A DNA stretch of 64,000 nucleotides from Macrostomum lignano (taxonomy: Eukaryota): contig NIVC01003140.1 of NCBI GenBank assembly GCA_002269645.1, forward strand, positions 1-64,000, read 5' to 3'. The translations under genes and the position numbers were made by a program. Positions 29,757 through 42,313 of the stretch are shown in pieces. Under the pieces are notes generated by a model. It ran no database searches and was not told the origin of the DNA. It worked only from the letters and a program-made list of their open reading frames with translations. How positions within the stretch are numbered: the stretch's first letter is position 1; the number at the start of each line of letters is the position of its first letter.

Positions 29757-31714
29757 ATTCCATCGTTCTGTTCTTCTGGATCTTGCGCTAGCTAAGGCTG
29801 CTAGGTGCAAGTCACAATTAACTTCGTTTTGTTGTGCCGTTTCTGTCTATTTCGTTCATTGTTTCTACTCTGTCCCTTTGCACCTTGGGAATTTGCGTTT
29901 CAAGTTTTATATTTGTATTCGATTTTTCGGCGAAGCTGGCTGAATCAGTGATTATTTGTTACAGTTGTAATTCAGTAAATTATCTCTTCTCTTGTGCAAC
30001 GGGGTTACGGTGTAAAAGTATTGGAGTATTCAATTGAAACAATTAGGGCTAGAAATCCAATATAAGGACTAAATGGGCAAAACAAGTAATGAAAAAATCG
30101 TTAGCCTGCTGCTTTATTACGTTACTATCGGCTTTTTCAATTGTTGTTTACTTAGCCGAGTATAAAATTTATAGCGTTCTCGCGAAATCAGAAAGCATTT
30201 ATGCAAGGCAATCTGAACAGTCTGAAGCATTGGACTATATAATTCCAAGTGCGTAGGCTCAATATTCCGGTGGCACTGAGACCGAGTGATTCATTTACCG
30301 CAAGTTTCTAAAATAAATAATTAGTGCTGCTATGTCTGGTCAGGTGTGCAAATTTCGCATTTCTCCCCCTGAGTTTGTTTTCATAATAATAATTTGTAGG
30401 TTTCTTTGACAGGGTTTGGACTGCTTTCTCTTGTCTCAAATCAAGGGTCCCATTTTTAGTTTAACTCTCTAAATGTTAAAGTGTATTTGAACGCAATTAT
30501 GTTTAATAATGTGAAATAAAATTTTCAAGACCTATCCACCAGTTCCATAAATTTAAAACGGTATGTTTGTCAGAAGACAAATGCCAATGAGCGTTAATTA
30601 TTAAACTGTACTAAAAATTGCGTACCTTAGCTTTCTAAAAAGTGAAAGTAAAAAGTGACTGTCTTAAACTCTGAAAGTTATCGCGTGTATATTTAATACT
30701 TTAGATATTTGTGCGTGTGGATAGTTCGTCTTTTTAGTTTTCAGGGTGCATAAATGAAAAATTCGGTCATAAACAAAAACAGAGTGATTATTTTTCATCT
30801 GTTTTGTGTTTCTGGGAGAGTATTGCAATGCATGGCCTCACCCACCCACTCAGTGCAGTCATCGAGATTTCTGTCTATGGCTGTAACTCCAGGCTAAATC
30901 AAGACCCAATCTCAGTCTAGCTTCAACTTCTTTGCGTGTATCCCCACTTGTTCGGGCATAAGTCAGTGGTATAGTTTTCGCTAATTTTGCCGAGGAGTAA
31001 ATAATTTATTTTTCTGGTTCCTGAAGTCCAGAGAATTTTCGTCTATGGCTCAAAAATGTTTGTTGACTTAGTTGAACCGGAGGATACTTAGAGCAGCAGA
31101 ACCAGACGCTATAGTCTATGGTCTTAACCCCGGAGTTTTCGCGCTGTGGCCAGGCGGCTGGAGTGGCCCATCTAGGTAATATGGAATCTGTGCAGTTAGT
31201 TGTCTAGCTGCGAGTAGATAATGGGGAATATATATATTATTTGGCGCTCTTAGCAATCTCGTGGTTTTCGGTAAAAAAAGCGTTCATAATGATCTATTTA
31301 AATTTCTGGGCACTTTCTTGGCAAGGAATCGGCAGTTTATGGCTCAAACTACTCACGGTGAACTTTTTCGTCATCAATAATCGGCGAATTATTGATAGTT
31401 AATGTACAAGTTGCTACTTGACTGTATATGTGGTAGGTTGATAAGCCTTTAAGATATGCTATACAAATAGGAAGATTAGATTAGAAAAACTAATAGTTTG
31501 TTATAAGCAACTTCACACCTAGGAATTAGCTCGCGATGGGTTGAATTCGCGAAAATATCATGTTGAACGGGAGACGCATTATCTAGTCTGCTTATTTTTT
31601 GCTAGACAGAAATATATACTGACTCGTGGAACGACACCAACGAAACTCTTACTTTGTTTGTAGCAGTGTTGCATCTATTCCCGATTGAGGGCAAAGCAAA
31701 AGAAATCATTGCAG

Positions 31715-33156
31715 AAGAGCGCTGCTTCAGCATCGACCGCAGCTGGATGGCACCTGGCTTCGCGGCTGTATCGCTTCCCACAGCAGCCCCTGCCACTAGA
31801 TGCGGTGAGTCGCAGCCACCGTCACCTTGTTAGCGCTGGCTATCTCCGTTCTGGTTCAGTTCCGGGCACGTTTGCACTGTGTCCGCTTCTCTGCCGCAGC
31901 CTTGACAAGCTTATCTACCTTATTCACGATAGCATGAGCCAGTTGGGTGCGCAGAGAGTGACGCTGCCTATGCTTGGTTCCGCGGCTATGTGGCACAAGA
32001 CTGGGCGCTGGGATGCGCTGGGCTCGGAGATGTTCCGGCTGACCGATCGGGAGGACAGACAGTTATGCTTGCAGCCTACTCATGAAGAGGAGGTCACTCG
32101 GCTGGTCTCCATGACTGCTCAGCTGCCACTGCGATCGCTGCCGCTGCTTGTGTACCAATTGCACTGGAAATTTCGCGACGAGCCCCGCCCAAAGTACGGT
32201 CTGTTGCGGGCCAGAGAGTTTCTCATGATGGATCTCTACAGCTTTCATGCTGATGATGCTTGCGCCAGAAATACTTATGATCAGGTTGGTTGCTCAAGTT
32301 TGCTTTTTATTGTCTGAAACGGTTTTCTGGCTTTAATCCACTTCTGCATCGCCAGGTTCTGAAGCTGTACTCTAGTCTGCTTGGCGACACTCTGGGTCTG
32401 CCATGGATTCGAGCAGTCGCTTCCTCTGGCTGCATGGGCGGAATCGAATCTTGCGAATTCCACGTGTTAACAAAGCCTGGAGAAGATCGAATTGTGCGCT
32501 GTGCAGACTGTAACGAACCTTGCCGCAACTCCGAGGGTGGCCGTATTGCACTGCCCAACTGCCTGAGTCCTGCAGCATGCCGAGCAGAATTCCTTACCGG
32601 CCTGGAAGTTGGCCACTGCTTTATCCTGGGTTCAGACCGCTATCCAGCCGCCTTCGGCCTGCGCCTGATTGACCAAAATCATCACAGACAGCGTGAGCAG
32701 CGCCTCCTAAGCATGGCCTGCTACGGCATCGGTGTCAGCCGGCTGCTAGCCGCTTGTGCCGAAGTTGCCTCCACGGATACTGCGCTGCGTTGGCCGCTAG
32801 CCGTTGCGCCCTACCAGCTGGCGGTTGTGTCACCAAAAGCCGGTGCTCGCGAGCCACGCTTGTCAACTGAGACTATGGCTGAGCTAGTGCAAGCACTTGG
32901 TGATGCTGAGTTCAATCCGGATGCGCCTCTGGTTGACGATCGGGACCAGCTGACTATTGGCACTCGGATTCGCGATCACAGACTCTGGGGCCTGCCGTGC
33001 AGTCTGGTTGTAAAAGCCTCTGTTGACGGAGGCATCAGCTGCGAGTTTGTGGACAATTACCAACCAGATCGACAGTCAGAAAGAGCTACTGTGGCTTCTG
33101 CTGCCGAGGCGGTGGCAATTGCACGGACCTTTATTGCTTCCATTTCCCTGAAATGA
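31715..33156 (+). CDS. PARS2: Mitochondrial (bacterial-type) prolyl-tRNA synthetase
   Basis: Exons ~31715-32284 and 32356-33156 (71-nt GT-AG intron, in frame). Class II motifs WHKTGRWD, LQPTHEEEVT, KFRDEPRPKYGLLRAREFLMMDLYSF, EVGHCFILG, MACYGIGVSR, plus an anticodon-binding domain (LRWPLAVAPYQ, DDRDQLTIG). No in-frame ATG after the stop at 31661-31663, so the 5' end is unresolved. Confidence 0.93.
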
Positions 33157-33534
33157 GCTATTTTGTGCGTTTATTTAAATTTAGCAACTAAAGAAGCAGT
33201 CTTTGTTAGTCTGGCATATCTGCATTCACTATTTGCTCATATGGCTGTCGACATGCTTATGTATCAGTAATTTGTTATTCAAAGTCGGCAGTTCAAAGTC
33301 AGCGGATATCTTTTGGTTTTCACGTGGTCTTGATGAGTAGCTTATATGAGTTGTACTTGTAGCTATTTATTCCTTGCACTAATTCGATCATCTAACTTTT
33401 TACTCGTATTAAAAGATACAGTTGTTTTACTTGTTAAAGCAGTTTCACTATCGAAAATATTGAATTGTGTTTTTTACACATTGCTTCAACTTATACAAAG
33501 TGGCTCGGTGAATTGTAGAGTTTGTAGCTTATTG

Positions 33535-33838
33535 GAGGGGGTTGTAACCTACCGATTAAAGCGTCGGACTCGCGACTGAAAGGTCGGGGGTTCGATTCCC
33601 GACCCACTCAGAAAAAATGTGTCCTTGAGCAAAACGCTTAACTCTGCACTGCTTCAGTTCACCCAGCTGTAAATGGATACTAGCATTTGCTAGGGTAATT
33701 GAGGGTGTGTGCCGACCTCACTGTCCTTGGACTGAACAACCGTACGCGGCCTTTAGATGCGCCTCGCAATAGCTGCGGCTGAGCGGTTGGTTGCACATCT
33801 GCTCATTAGGACAGGTGTAATCGATCGTTATTATTATT
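33535..33838 (+). mobile_element. tRNA-derived CORE-SINE, copy 1
   Basis: tRNA-like head with B box GGTTCGATTCC, then GTGTCCTTGAGCAAAACGCTTAACTCTGCACTGCTTCAGTTCACCCAGCTGTAAATGG, which resembles the MIR/CORE central domain, and a (TTA)n tail. Related to 45803-46070. Confidence 0.8.
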
Positions 33839-34182
33839 CAGATTATAAAAATGCTAAATAGACTCTACTATTGCTAGTTGTGCTATTAATTAGGCTCAAG
33901 ACTTCTAGATGCATTTGCACTTCCTTTCGTCTCTATTTGAAGTGCTTTTTATTTTGTGTCCTAAAATGAAATTTATTAAAACATATAGGAGTTTTAGGGA
34001 ATTTTCGGGATCTCTTCTTTTCGGGTAAAAGGTGTTTGTTATGGTTACATTGTGTTCAATAGGAGGTCTAATTCTACACTCAGCGGTGTACTTATTCCCA
34101 AATCTATGTCAGCTATAGCCTGTAGATCATGCTAATAAAACTTTCTCGCGCACGCTTCAGCCTGTTTGACACAGCAGAAGTC

Positions 34183-37100
34183 ATGCCAAGCCAACAGGCG
34201 CAGCTGCAGCGACAAAGGGAGAGACGTGAATCGAATGAGCAGCAGATGCAGCAACCTGCTGTCACTGCGGAAAGCTCCGTTTACTATGAACTCGAAGTGC
34301 CCTCGTGGCTGGTGGGACTTACAGCCGTATGGCTAGCCGCTGTACTGCTGAGCGGCTGCTACCTGTACCAGTTGGATGCCGGTCATTGGGCCGAAATGCG
34401 GACCGCGTTTGGAGTCGAACTTCAGTCTGATGATCACGCTAACCCGCCGATGCGCATTTTGCGCCTGTCTGCCAGTCAACTTATTGCCCAACTCGGCGAG
34501 GACAAAGCCCGGCTCTTTGCTCTTCTGGACAGGGACGGTAACGGCCTGGTGTCGATTACCGAGTACGAAGCTCTGGTGCATCATGTCCGTCAGGATGCTC
34601 GTCACCCGGCAGTCCTTCAGGTGTCTGGTGATTTCATGTATCCGCAAAACGAGTGCGAAACGCCAACTGACAGGTGTGTTAAGTCGAAATACTTTGGGTC
34701 TATTGCTGAAATACCAGTCGCTTTTTACACAAAATTTAAATGCCAAAAAAGAATCCAAGAATTGGATTTGGAGTTGGCTTTAGAATCCAACTGCATTCTA
34801 AAATTTGTTTCAATTTTATTGTAAAATTAAACATGAAGAGTTTATTGGGTGGTGATCAGTCACTCAATAACTCCCACTTCTAGACACTGGGTAACAAGTG
34901 CCTAGGTATAAACAAAATCAAATAACTCTTACTGCAGCGGATCCTCTTGAGGTTGGTAGTCGGCTGGGTCTTGTTGCTTGTAGGGCTAGCTAGCTTGATG
35001 AGCGGTGGGGGCCGGTTCCGGTGAACAGCTGTTGTCTCTTGGAGTCCTTAACTTTATCTGTGGGTCGACCAAAACGAGAGCGAATCAGAATTCTTGACGG
35101 TCCTCGAGCTCGGAATTCACAATAGAACGTGCGCCCTTATGAACAATTGAATTCTTTAAATCTCTGTAGTAGGTCCTCCTGAAGGGCGTCGTCTCCGTTA
35201 CGTCCGAAACGTAACGGGTAACTTGAATCAACTCAATAAATCCTCTAGGAATGTATCCTAGGAAACAAGGAGGCCTTTCTCAAATGTGTCGACAATAAGT
35301 GGCTCTCGTAAACTCAATTAATCAACTTATTAGTGCTATAGCAAAGAACTAAAACGGGTAACGCTTACCAATCTGTCCGGATTTCTTCTCTCAGAGATGG
35401 GTCTTCTTGGTTAACGTAATCCAAAGTCTTCCTTGAGACCACTCCGAGTCTGAATTTTTGACTCGGATTTTCGCTTATATTTATAGTAAAATTTGGTGAA
35501 AACTGGTTTAAAATCGTTTATTTACTTAGGTCACGTATTTTGGTTATGAGGTCATGAATGTTTGATCATTTCCATATATGAAATTAAGCAAATAAAACTA
35601 CCGAGAACCGGTTTCTTAATCAAATAAACGTTGGTCCTACGTAGGGCTCTAAGTCACTTCTGTTTGCACATGACTCATTCTAAAAATAGATTTTCTAAAA
35701 ATATATATAACTCATCATGACTCATTCTAAAAATAGATTGCGAGTTTAAATTAATTTTATTAGAATATTACTTTGAGTAGTGCGTTCTGATATGATTTAC
35801 AGTTCTCTACAAAAATTTGAGACTAGTTTGTGGGATCTGATTAACTCTCTGCATTGTTCTATTTCTTTCAGTGACTCGTGCATCCAATTGAGCTATAACC
35901 TGGTGCCCCCACAATCAGTGAAGGTTTTGGGAAGCCATCAGCAGCATTTTGTGCCATATACTCGATACGATCCTGTAAGCAACACCCTGGCTACAGTGGC
36001 ACAGAGTGAAAACAATGACACCGCCAGCCCTGCCCAGCAGGAAACTGCAGCTGCTCTTGCTGACTTTGCCTCTGCCGGTACCGTGGACAACATCACAGTC
36101 CCTGTTGACTCCGTCACGATAACAACAGCCTTCCTGCCCCGCTTGCCGAAGAAACTAGACCAGCTAAGGCTTGGCGACCCCTATACTTTGATTGGGCCGG
36201 CACCAATGGGTCTGCAGTTTTTTTACTCCAAACAGTGCAGAATAAAGCCTGGCGTATACTTTGAGCCCGGCGATGCTGCTTTGGCCGCGCTCCTGCGCCC
36301 GCTGCATCCGCACGTGTTTCTCTATCCGCGTCACGACGCCGGCCGTGATTCCGCAGCGGCAGTGCTCCGGGCCGAGTCGCCAACCCATCTGGAGCTGGTG
36401 TTCCGTTTACACCCTGAGCTCCAACTCGCCCCGTTCGGCGCCCCTCGCAGCGTCTACCTGACACCAGAGGGCTTGGAAGGCCGCCTCATTATCCGGCGAA
36501 GTGGCGGCGTCGAGCACTTGGAACTCGGACTGCCCCAGCCTGCCTTGGCCAACCGTAGCTTCTCTCAGATCGAATCTCCGCACGACATTTTGGAAACTGG
36601 TGTTGTCTCTCTGCCTCGCCTAAGTGTTATTTCCCTAAAAAAATCGTACAAACACCTTCATAACTGGACTAACGAGATTTCCATGCCGGCTACTCTGACA
36701 ATTTTGCGCTCACACATGCTGCCTCACCTGGCTGCTCAGTTTTATGCTAACCTGAGCACTGCATTGGCTGTTAATAGCAAGGCGCTAGGAGCAGGTGACG
36801 CAAAGCCAATCCATGTTGTACTCGCCGTTGGTAGCTCACAGTTCGGCTGCGATCCCAACTGTAGGCTGTTAAGAGACTTTGCATTCGCCGATCAATACGT
36901 GATGCTTAGGCTCCGGTGAGTGTTTCTTTGTCTTTTCAATATAGTTCTCAAGGACTACTCAACTAGGACGGGAAACTACGTTTATTGGAAAATTTTAGGA
37001 GGCAGGTTTTACGAAAAAAGACATCACGGAGATAGTTTTAAATTTTACTGTACAAAAAATGCTTTTGATAGGGGGCTAACCGATTTTCATCTTTAGACAA

Positions 37101-37827
37101 GTGTCGAGTTGTGCCATTTTTTTCTTTTTAGGCACAGGACATGTACGTAGGATACAAAATTAACATAGAATCCTAATTTTCTAAACGAGAAGCTTTATGA
37201 ATATCGATAGAGCTATAAGAAAGACAAGACTTATATAACGTATTTTTTCGGTAAAACCTGCCTCGTAAAATTTTCCAAGAAAAAGCGTAGTTTCCAGTCC
37301 TACTTGAGCAGTCCTTGATAGCTCTGTTTATATCGCGGCTTCTGCATGCCGCCGCCTCAGTTTAAAATCAGTTCTGATATTCCACACTTGAAATTCGCGC
37401 TTTCAGGCACTACTATACCAACGTGTGGATTAACCTGGCTGACACAGGCGCAGTGGCAGAGTTCATCAAGCTCACTGGGGTGTCCGACACCTCAAAGCCT
37501 TTTGCGCCACTCACCTGTCAGCTGCTTCACCCTGAGACCCTGCGAGTCCTGGCCAACTATGAGGCAGGCGACCTACGCAAGGCTCTGCAGCCGCCAGAGG
37601 ACCTGCCAAATCCGCTGCCCCCAACACCCGAGGCTGTAGTTGCAGGCGCCGAGCCGTATCCGCGTCCCCATGGCAACCTGCTTTCCTCGCAGTCACCCGG
37701 CGAAGAGTCACCGTCTGCCCCGGAAGACCCAGATATTCGCCTCCAGCAGGAGCAGAAAGCGATGGATGCTATCAAGCAGCAGGTTGCAGATTCTTATATG
37801 CAGTTTCTAATGAGCAGCAAGGCCTGA
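34183..37827 (+). CDS. SELENON: Selenoprotein N-like ER membrane EF-hand/thioredoxin-like protein without a Sec codon (651 aa)
   Basis: Exons 34183-34673, 35872-36915, 37407-37827 total 1956 nt in frame. N-terminal TM segment, EF hand FALLDRDGNGLVSITEY, segments AFLPRLP..LGDPY, VFRLHPELQL, YLTPEGLEGRLII, KPIHVVLAVG..C....RLLRD and C-terminal SYMQFL are collinear with SelN as recalled (FRIHAEFQL, KLVHSILLWG...SCUGSGRTLRE, TYMQFL). Confidence 0.8.
36949..37317. mobile_element. MITE in SelN-like intron 2, P-element-like termini
   Basis: ~32-bp TIRs CAAGGACTACTCAACTAGGACGGGAAACTACG and CGTAGTTTCCAGTCCTACTTGAGCAGTCCTTG. 8-bp TSD ATAGTTCT/ATAGCTCT (1 mismatch). CAAGG fits the CANRG terminus described for the P superfamily. 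Confidence 0.75.
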
Positions 37828-39601
37828 GAATGTGATGGGCTAAGTCCGTTAAAAAATCTTTGCAGAGTAAGAAAAGAATGATGCTATCTATAGCTTACTG
37901 ACTGAAAAAGCTTGTGTGCGTTAAGGTTTATACACTCATTCCTTTGCCATTTTAAACAGCTGTATAAAGGTTTTATTCCTATTTTTCCCAGTGGCTGAGC
38001 CTGACATTTAATGATATATGAAATAGTATCCGTACAAATCAAATTGCCAACTACTTGTATGCCTTGGTGGCTCTATCGCTTTCACACGGCTATTAAATAA
38101 GCCTGATAATTTGCGTGCGCATCTTTTAACTAATTGGCATCGCCTCGGTATTGCACGGATGATTTCCTGTCGTTGTCTGTTTTTTTATACTTAACTTGTT
38201 TGTTGCTCTTCGATGCTCCAAAAAATGTTTGATCTTGATAGAGCAATCTTTAGCTAGTACAAGTTTTATACGAGCGTAGATGTATCTAGTAGTATATGAA
38301 AACGAATATTATTCATTTCGATAAGATACTACTGGCCAACTTCTTTATTGTAATTCTGTTATCTTGCTATATTATAAACTAGCGATCGTGTTTTAAAAGC
38401 AAGTACATGTACAAATATACTATGTGCATGTAGAATTCAAAAGAAACTTGCATTCTATGTGATTAAAAAATTTCATACTGGCTGAACAATACACATGGTT
38501 CTTTTTTGTTCTTACATGTATACACTACACAAAACGTGTTTCTCACGAAAAATATAATTAGCTTTTTTCTTATTATTTCATCATTTACTAATTTTTAACC
38601 AAAGGAAAATGCGGGGGAATTCGATAAAAAATTGGTTTGATTTAACTGACCACTACAGCTATAGCTTCACTTAACTAAGATATCAAACATTAAGCAATAA
38701 GTACAATTATGTACTCGTAAAGCACAACAAGCAAAGTTCCACCCACCAAGCAAAGATATTTTTATTTATCTTTTTCGGCCTTAAGTTTTACCGTGCATTT
38801 TAAATAAGAAGTTTTCTCTTTGCGCATAATTTGTACTGTTGGAACTTTTGACTGTTGCTGTATGTATATAACTACTACAGCAATACGAGAGTATAATTTA
38901 TGCATATACCAAGTCAAACATGACGCCAGTCGGTCTGGGTCAAAGCCCACGCGACTGCACTTCGGTGATATTGACAGAATTCAGTCGGGTTGGCTTCAAT
39001 CAATGTAATGACTATACTTTTGTAAAGAGGAATGAAACGCAGTGGCTCTATTAAAGATATAAATCTAAACGCGTACGAGACTATAAAAATACACATGTTC
39101 CATGCATGCACAAGTGATACGATTGTATAATGCATAATCTTATTGCTGTACGCTCATTGCTGATATTAAACACGCCGGAAGGAGCCAAACGAGACAAAGT
39201 CAGTTGCGAAAAGCAGGCAGCGGCCGAGAAAGCGGATCCCAGTGGATCAAGCGAAGCGTTTATTTATTAGTTTAAACGAGTCAATATTTATTGGTTCGTA
39301 AGAAGGAGATAAAAAAAATTGAGAAATGGCGGCGGAGCCAAGCCGGGCCGGGTGCAGAGGCTTTAAGCTGGCCGGCGCGGCCAACACCCCACACCTCAAC
39401 CCCGCCAAAGTACAGCGATATGTACAGCGGCACCCTCCGGCGCGTCTAACACCCCTTACTCAGAGAGTAACGATTGCATTAAACACGCCGGAAGGAGCCA
39501 AACGAGACAAAGTCAGTTGCGAAAAGCATGCAGGCAGCGGCCGAGAAAGCGGATCCCAACCCCAATGATGGGGAAGGGAAGGAGTAAAAGCGGGAAGGCA
39601 G

Positions 39602-40472
39602 TCAGGTGGACACAGCCTGCAGCTGTGAAGCTATGAAAGAAGCAGAGCGCTGGCGGCGCGACAGGGCAGAGCTGGCAGAAAAGTAGCGGAGAACAGCGTC
39701 CGATCTCCAGCCCCCAAGAGCCCGAACGTCCGAATCTGACAAGCCGATTTGATGGCAGAAGCTGGCACCCCCACGCCGGATGCTGTGGCCGAAGAAACCA
39801 GCAGCTGGAAGGCCGCACGCAGCCAGACACGCACGAAGACAGCTGATGAACTGGCTGGCTGAGAGCTCGCCTCCGAGGCCGTAGCCAAAGAGTGGCGCCC
39901 TTGGGTCGCTGGCTGGTGACAGGTGCAGGTGAGACCGCAGAGCGCGCACAGGGCAGAGCGGTGACTCTTGAACAGGTGGCAGAATAACGACATACGGCGT
40001 CGACCCGAACTGGTTGGTCTTGGACTTAGGGAGGGCCAACTTCCAGCAGCCAGATGAAGCCGACAGGCAGGCCCGTGAGACAGAGCGGCTGCCGCGGGTC
40101 GATAGGAAGTCGCCAAGGCGCAACATGCTCCACCAGAAGAGCCGCCCAGAAGGCGGCCCTGAGATCTGCGCCTGTTTGCATCGCAGGCGCCGCGGAGGGC
40201 CAGCTGCACGGTGAAGTCTTTCGCTGGTTCGGGGGCGCCGCGGTGGCTTGGTGCAGAAAAGAGACGGCATGGATGTAGGATCGGAGGCTAGAGAAGGACC
40301 GGAGCCGGGTGCTCACAAGGTGCGCAATGTAGCGGCAGAGCAGGTCACCGTCAGCTGGAGATAAGGGGCGGCCTGCGCTATCACAGAAGGCTTCCCAGGA
40401 GCGCAGCCGGCTGAGGTAGCATCGCCAGGAGTTCTCCGCCAGGCCGAGGCGGCACAGGTGTCCGGCGGACAC
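39602..40472 (-). pseudogene. Tyrosine recombinase of the Ngaro element (frameshifted)
   Basis: N-terminal SAM-like part in one frame (SWRCYLSRLRSWEAFC...SLRSYIHAVSFLH). Catalytic part in another frame (MLRLGD, KSKTNQ, CPVRAL, GHSIRRGGAS, LGGWRSDAVLRY). Confidence 0.9.
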
Positions 40473-42313
40473 AGCGCGGGGGGCGGGCGGCGTCTCCGGA
40501 GGGCGAGGGCGACCTGCAAAAGGAGGCGAGATTGGGAAGCGGCATAGAGCGCGTGCGACGCGAACTCAAGCGGGCAGATCACGAGCGTACGGTAGTAGCG
40601 GCCACAAATGAGCTCAGACTGCGAGGCAAACATGCGGGAGGCGGCATCAGCAAAAATCTGCATGCGACCAGGAAGGTGAAAGGCCTCCAAACTGATGCTG
40701 TTCCTGATGCACAGCAGAGCCACAGTCTGGTACACCTGCAGGAACCGCGGGTCACGACAGCTCAGCCGATTGATCATGCCAGCCGCAGCGGTGCTATCGG
40801 TGTAGATGACAATCTTGCAGTTCTTTAGCTGAGAGCGACGGTGCAGGATGATCAGCAAAGGTGCCAGAGCCTCCTTGAAGTTGATATGAACATCCTTGAA
40901 CACACCACCGCAGTCCAGCTCCCAGTCGATGACACTCCAGAAACTCTCGGCACCCCAGATGACGGCGGCTGCGCCCGACCGGCTGCTGTCAGTCTTCATG
41001 GCAAACTCCTCATCAAAGCGCGGCCACAAAGCCACCGGGGGGAGCCAAGCCAGAGCTCTGAGCCACCAGGACAAGTTGGCGCGGGTCTCATCGGTCACCC
41101 AAAGCTTGCAGTCAACAGCAGTTGTCAGCCAGTCGAAGAGCGGACGCAGGAAGACTCTGACATGAAGGACAATCTGACAGAACCAGCCAAGCTTGCCAAT
41201 CAGCTTCTGAGCAGAGCGCATGTGCACCCGAGTCTCCGAGCAGGTTTGAGTCAGCAGCTTTGTCGTCTCGAGAGCTTTCTCCTCGGGCAGCGACTTGGTG
41301 CCGGTAGCGGTGTTGATGCGCACGCCAAGGAAGTCGATGCATTGCGTAAGTCTGACAACCTTGTCCCAGTTGATGGCAAAGCCGAGGCGCTGCAGGATGT
41401 CCAGCAGGCAATTGAAAGCAGCGAAAGCCTCGGACTCGGATTTCCCAGCGACTGCCCAGTCATCCAGGTAGTTCACCGTAGCAGAAAAGCCAAGCCGGTG
41501 CGTGTGCCGGGTAACGGCGGCTGAAAGACGGTGAAAAACTTCGTAAGCAGCTTTGGCGCCGAAGGGAAGCCTGGTGTCGCAGAGCAGACTGTCCTGGCTG
41601 TCTGAGTCAAACCGCCAGGCGAGGCCGACGAGCCGCTAGTCAGCAGGCCTGATTGGCACGGACCTGTAGGCGCTTTTGAGATCAATTTTTGCCATGTAGT
41701 GTCCCGGATGGAGATGACGAACCAGCTGCTGGACAGCGCAGTACTTGATGTGCTTCTGTTGGTCGTAGAAGTCGTTTACAGACTGGCCGTTCGGATAGGA
41801 CAGGTCATGGATCAGGCGGACCCGCCCGTCGGACTTGGGAAGGGCACCGATGGGGTTGATTTTGATCGGGCCGCTCCACCGGATGTACCTCCCAAGGCGC
41901 AGCTCCTCCTCGACCTGGGCTTCCACAGCAGAGCGGTACAGCAGGGCGGAGGCGTGGTTCTTGGACGAAGTCAAAGGCGGCTGGCCAGCATTGGTGAGAG
42001 CGAAACCGTTGACAACGCCTTGCATCAGAAAGTCGCGGTCTGGGTCGTCACTGAGCAGAGCACTCCAGGCGTCAGGTTGCAGGTCAGACGAGATGGGCAG
42101 CGAAGAAGTAAAAGCAGAAAAATCGGAATTAAAAGTAGAGCAGTCAGCTGGATAAAATGGCATCAGTTTTTTGCACTCGCACCGGTCACGTGACCCGGCA
42201 GCTGTCCGGTGAGTAATGACTGCGGCGACTGCGTGTGAGCGTGAGCCGGGTGCGCTGCCAGGCAGCCTTGGATTTTGCAGACGTGGCGGAACTTGCAGTT
42301 CTGGCGGGTGCAC
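40313..42313 (-). pseudogene. Reverse transcriptase-RNase H of the Ngaro element with one premature stop
   Basis: NPIGALPKSDGRVRLIHDLS, AKIDLKSAYRSVPI, RLPFG, YLDD, then RNase H residues KTDSS, HINFKEALA, YTDSTAA, HLPG..QIFADAASR. In-frame TAG at 41636-41638 (PAD*RLVG); the frame continues after it. Confidence 0.93.

Noticed and set aside
33535-33610. tRNA gene (also 45803-45870 and a degenerate one at ~15480-15530)
   Set aside because: The cloverleaf is incomplete and runs directly into a SINE body, so these are SINE heads.
35175-35215. Hammerhead-ribozyme-like motif CTGAAGGGCGT...ACGTCCGAAACGTA in SelN-like intron 1 (Penelope-like)
   Set aside because: The core reads CUGAAGG instead of CUGANGA and stem I cannot be paired; at best a decayed remnant.
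37828-37900. SECIS element after the SelN-like gene
   Set aside because: GTGA...AA...TGAT is present but helix II does not pair, and there is no in-frame UGA to recode.
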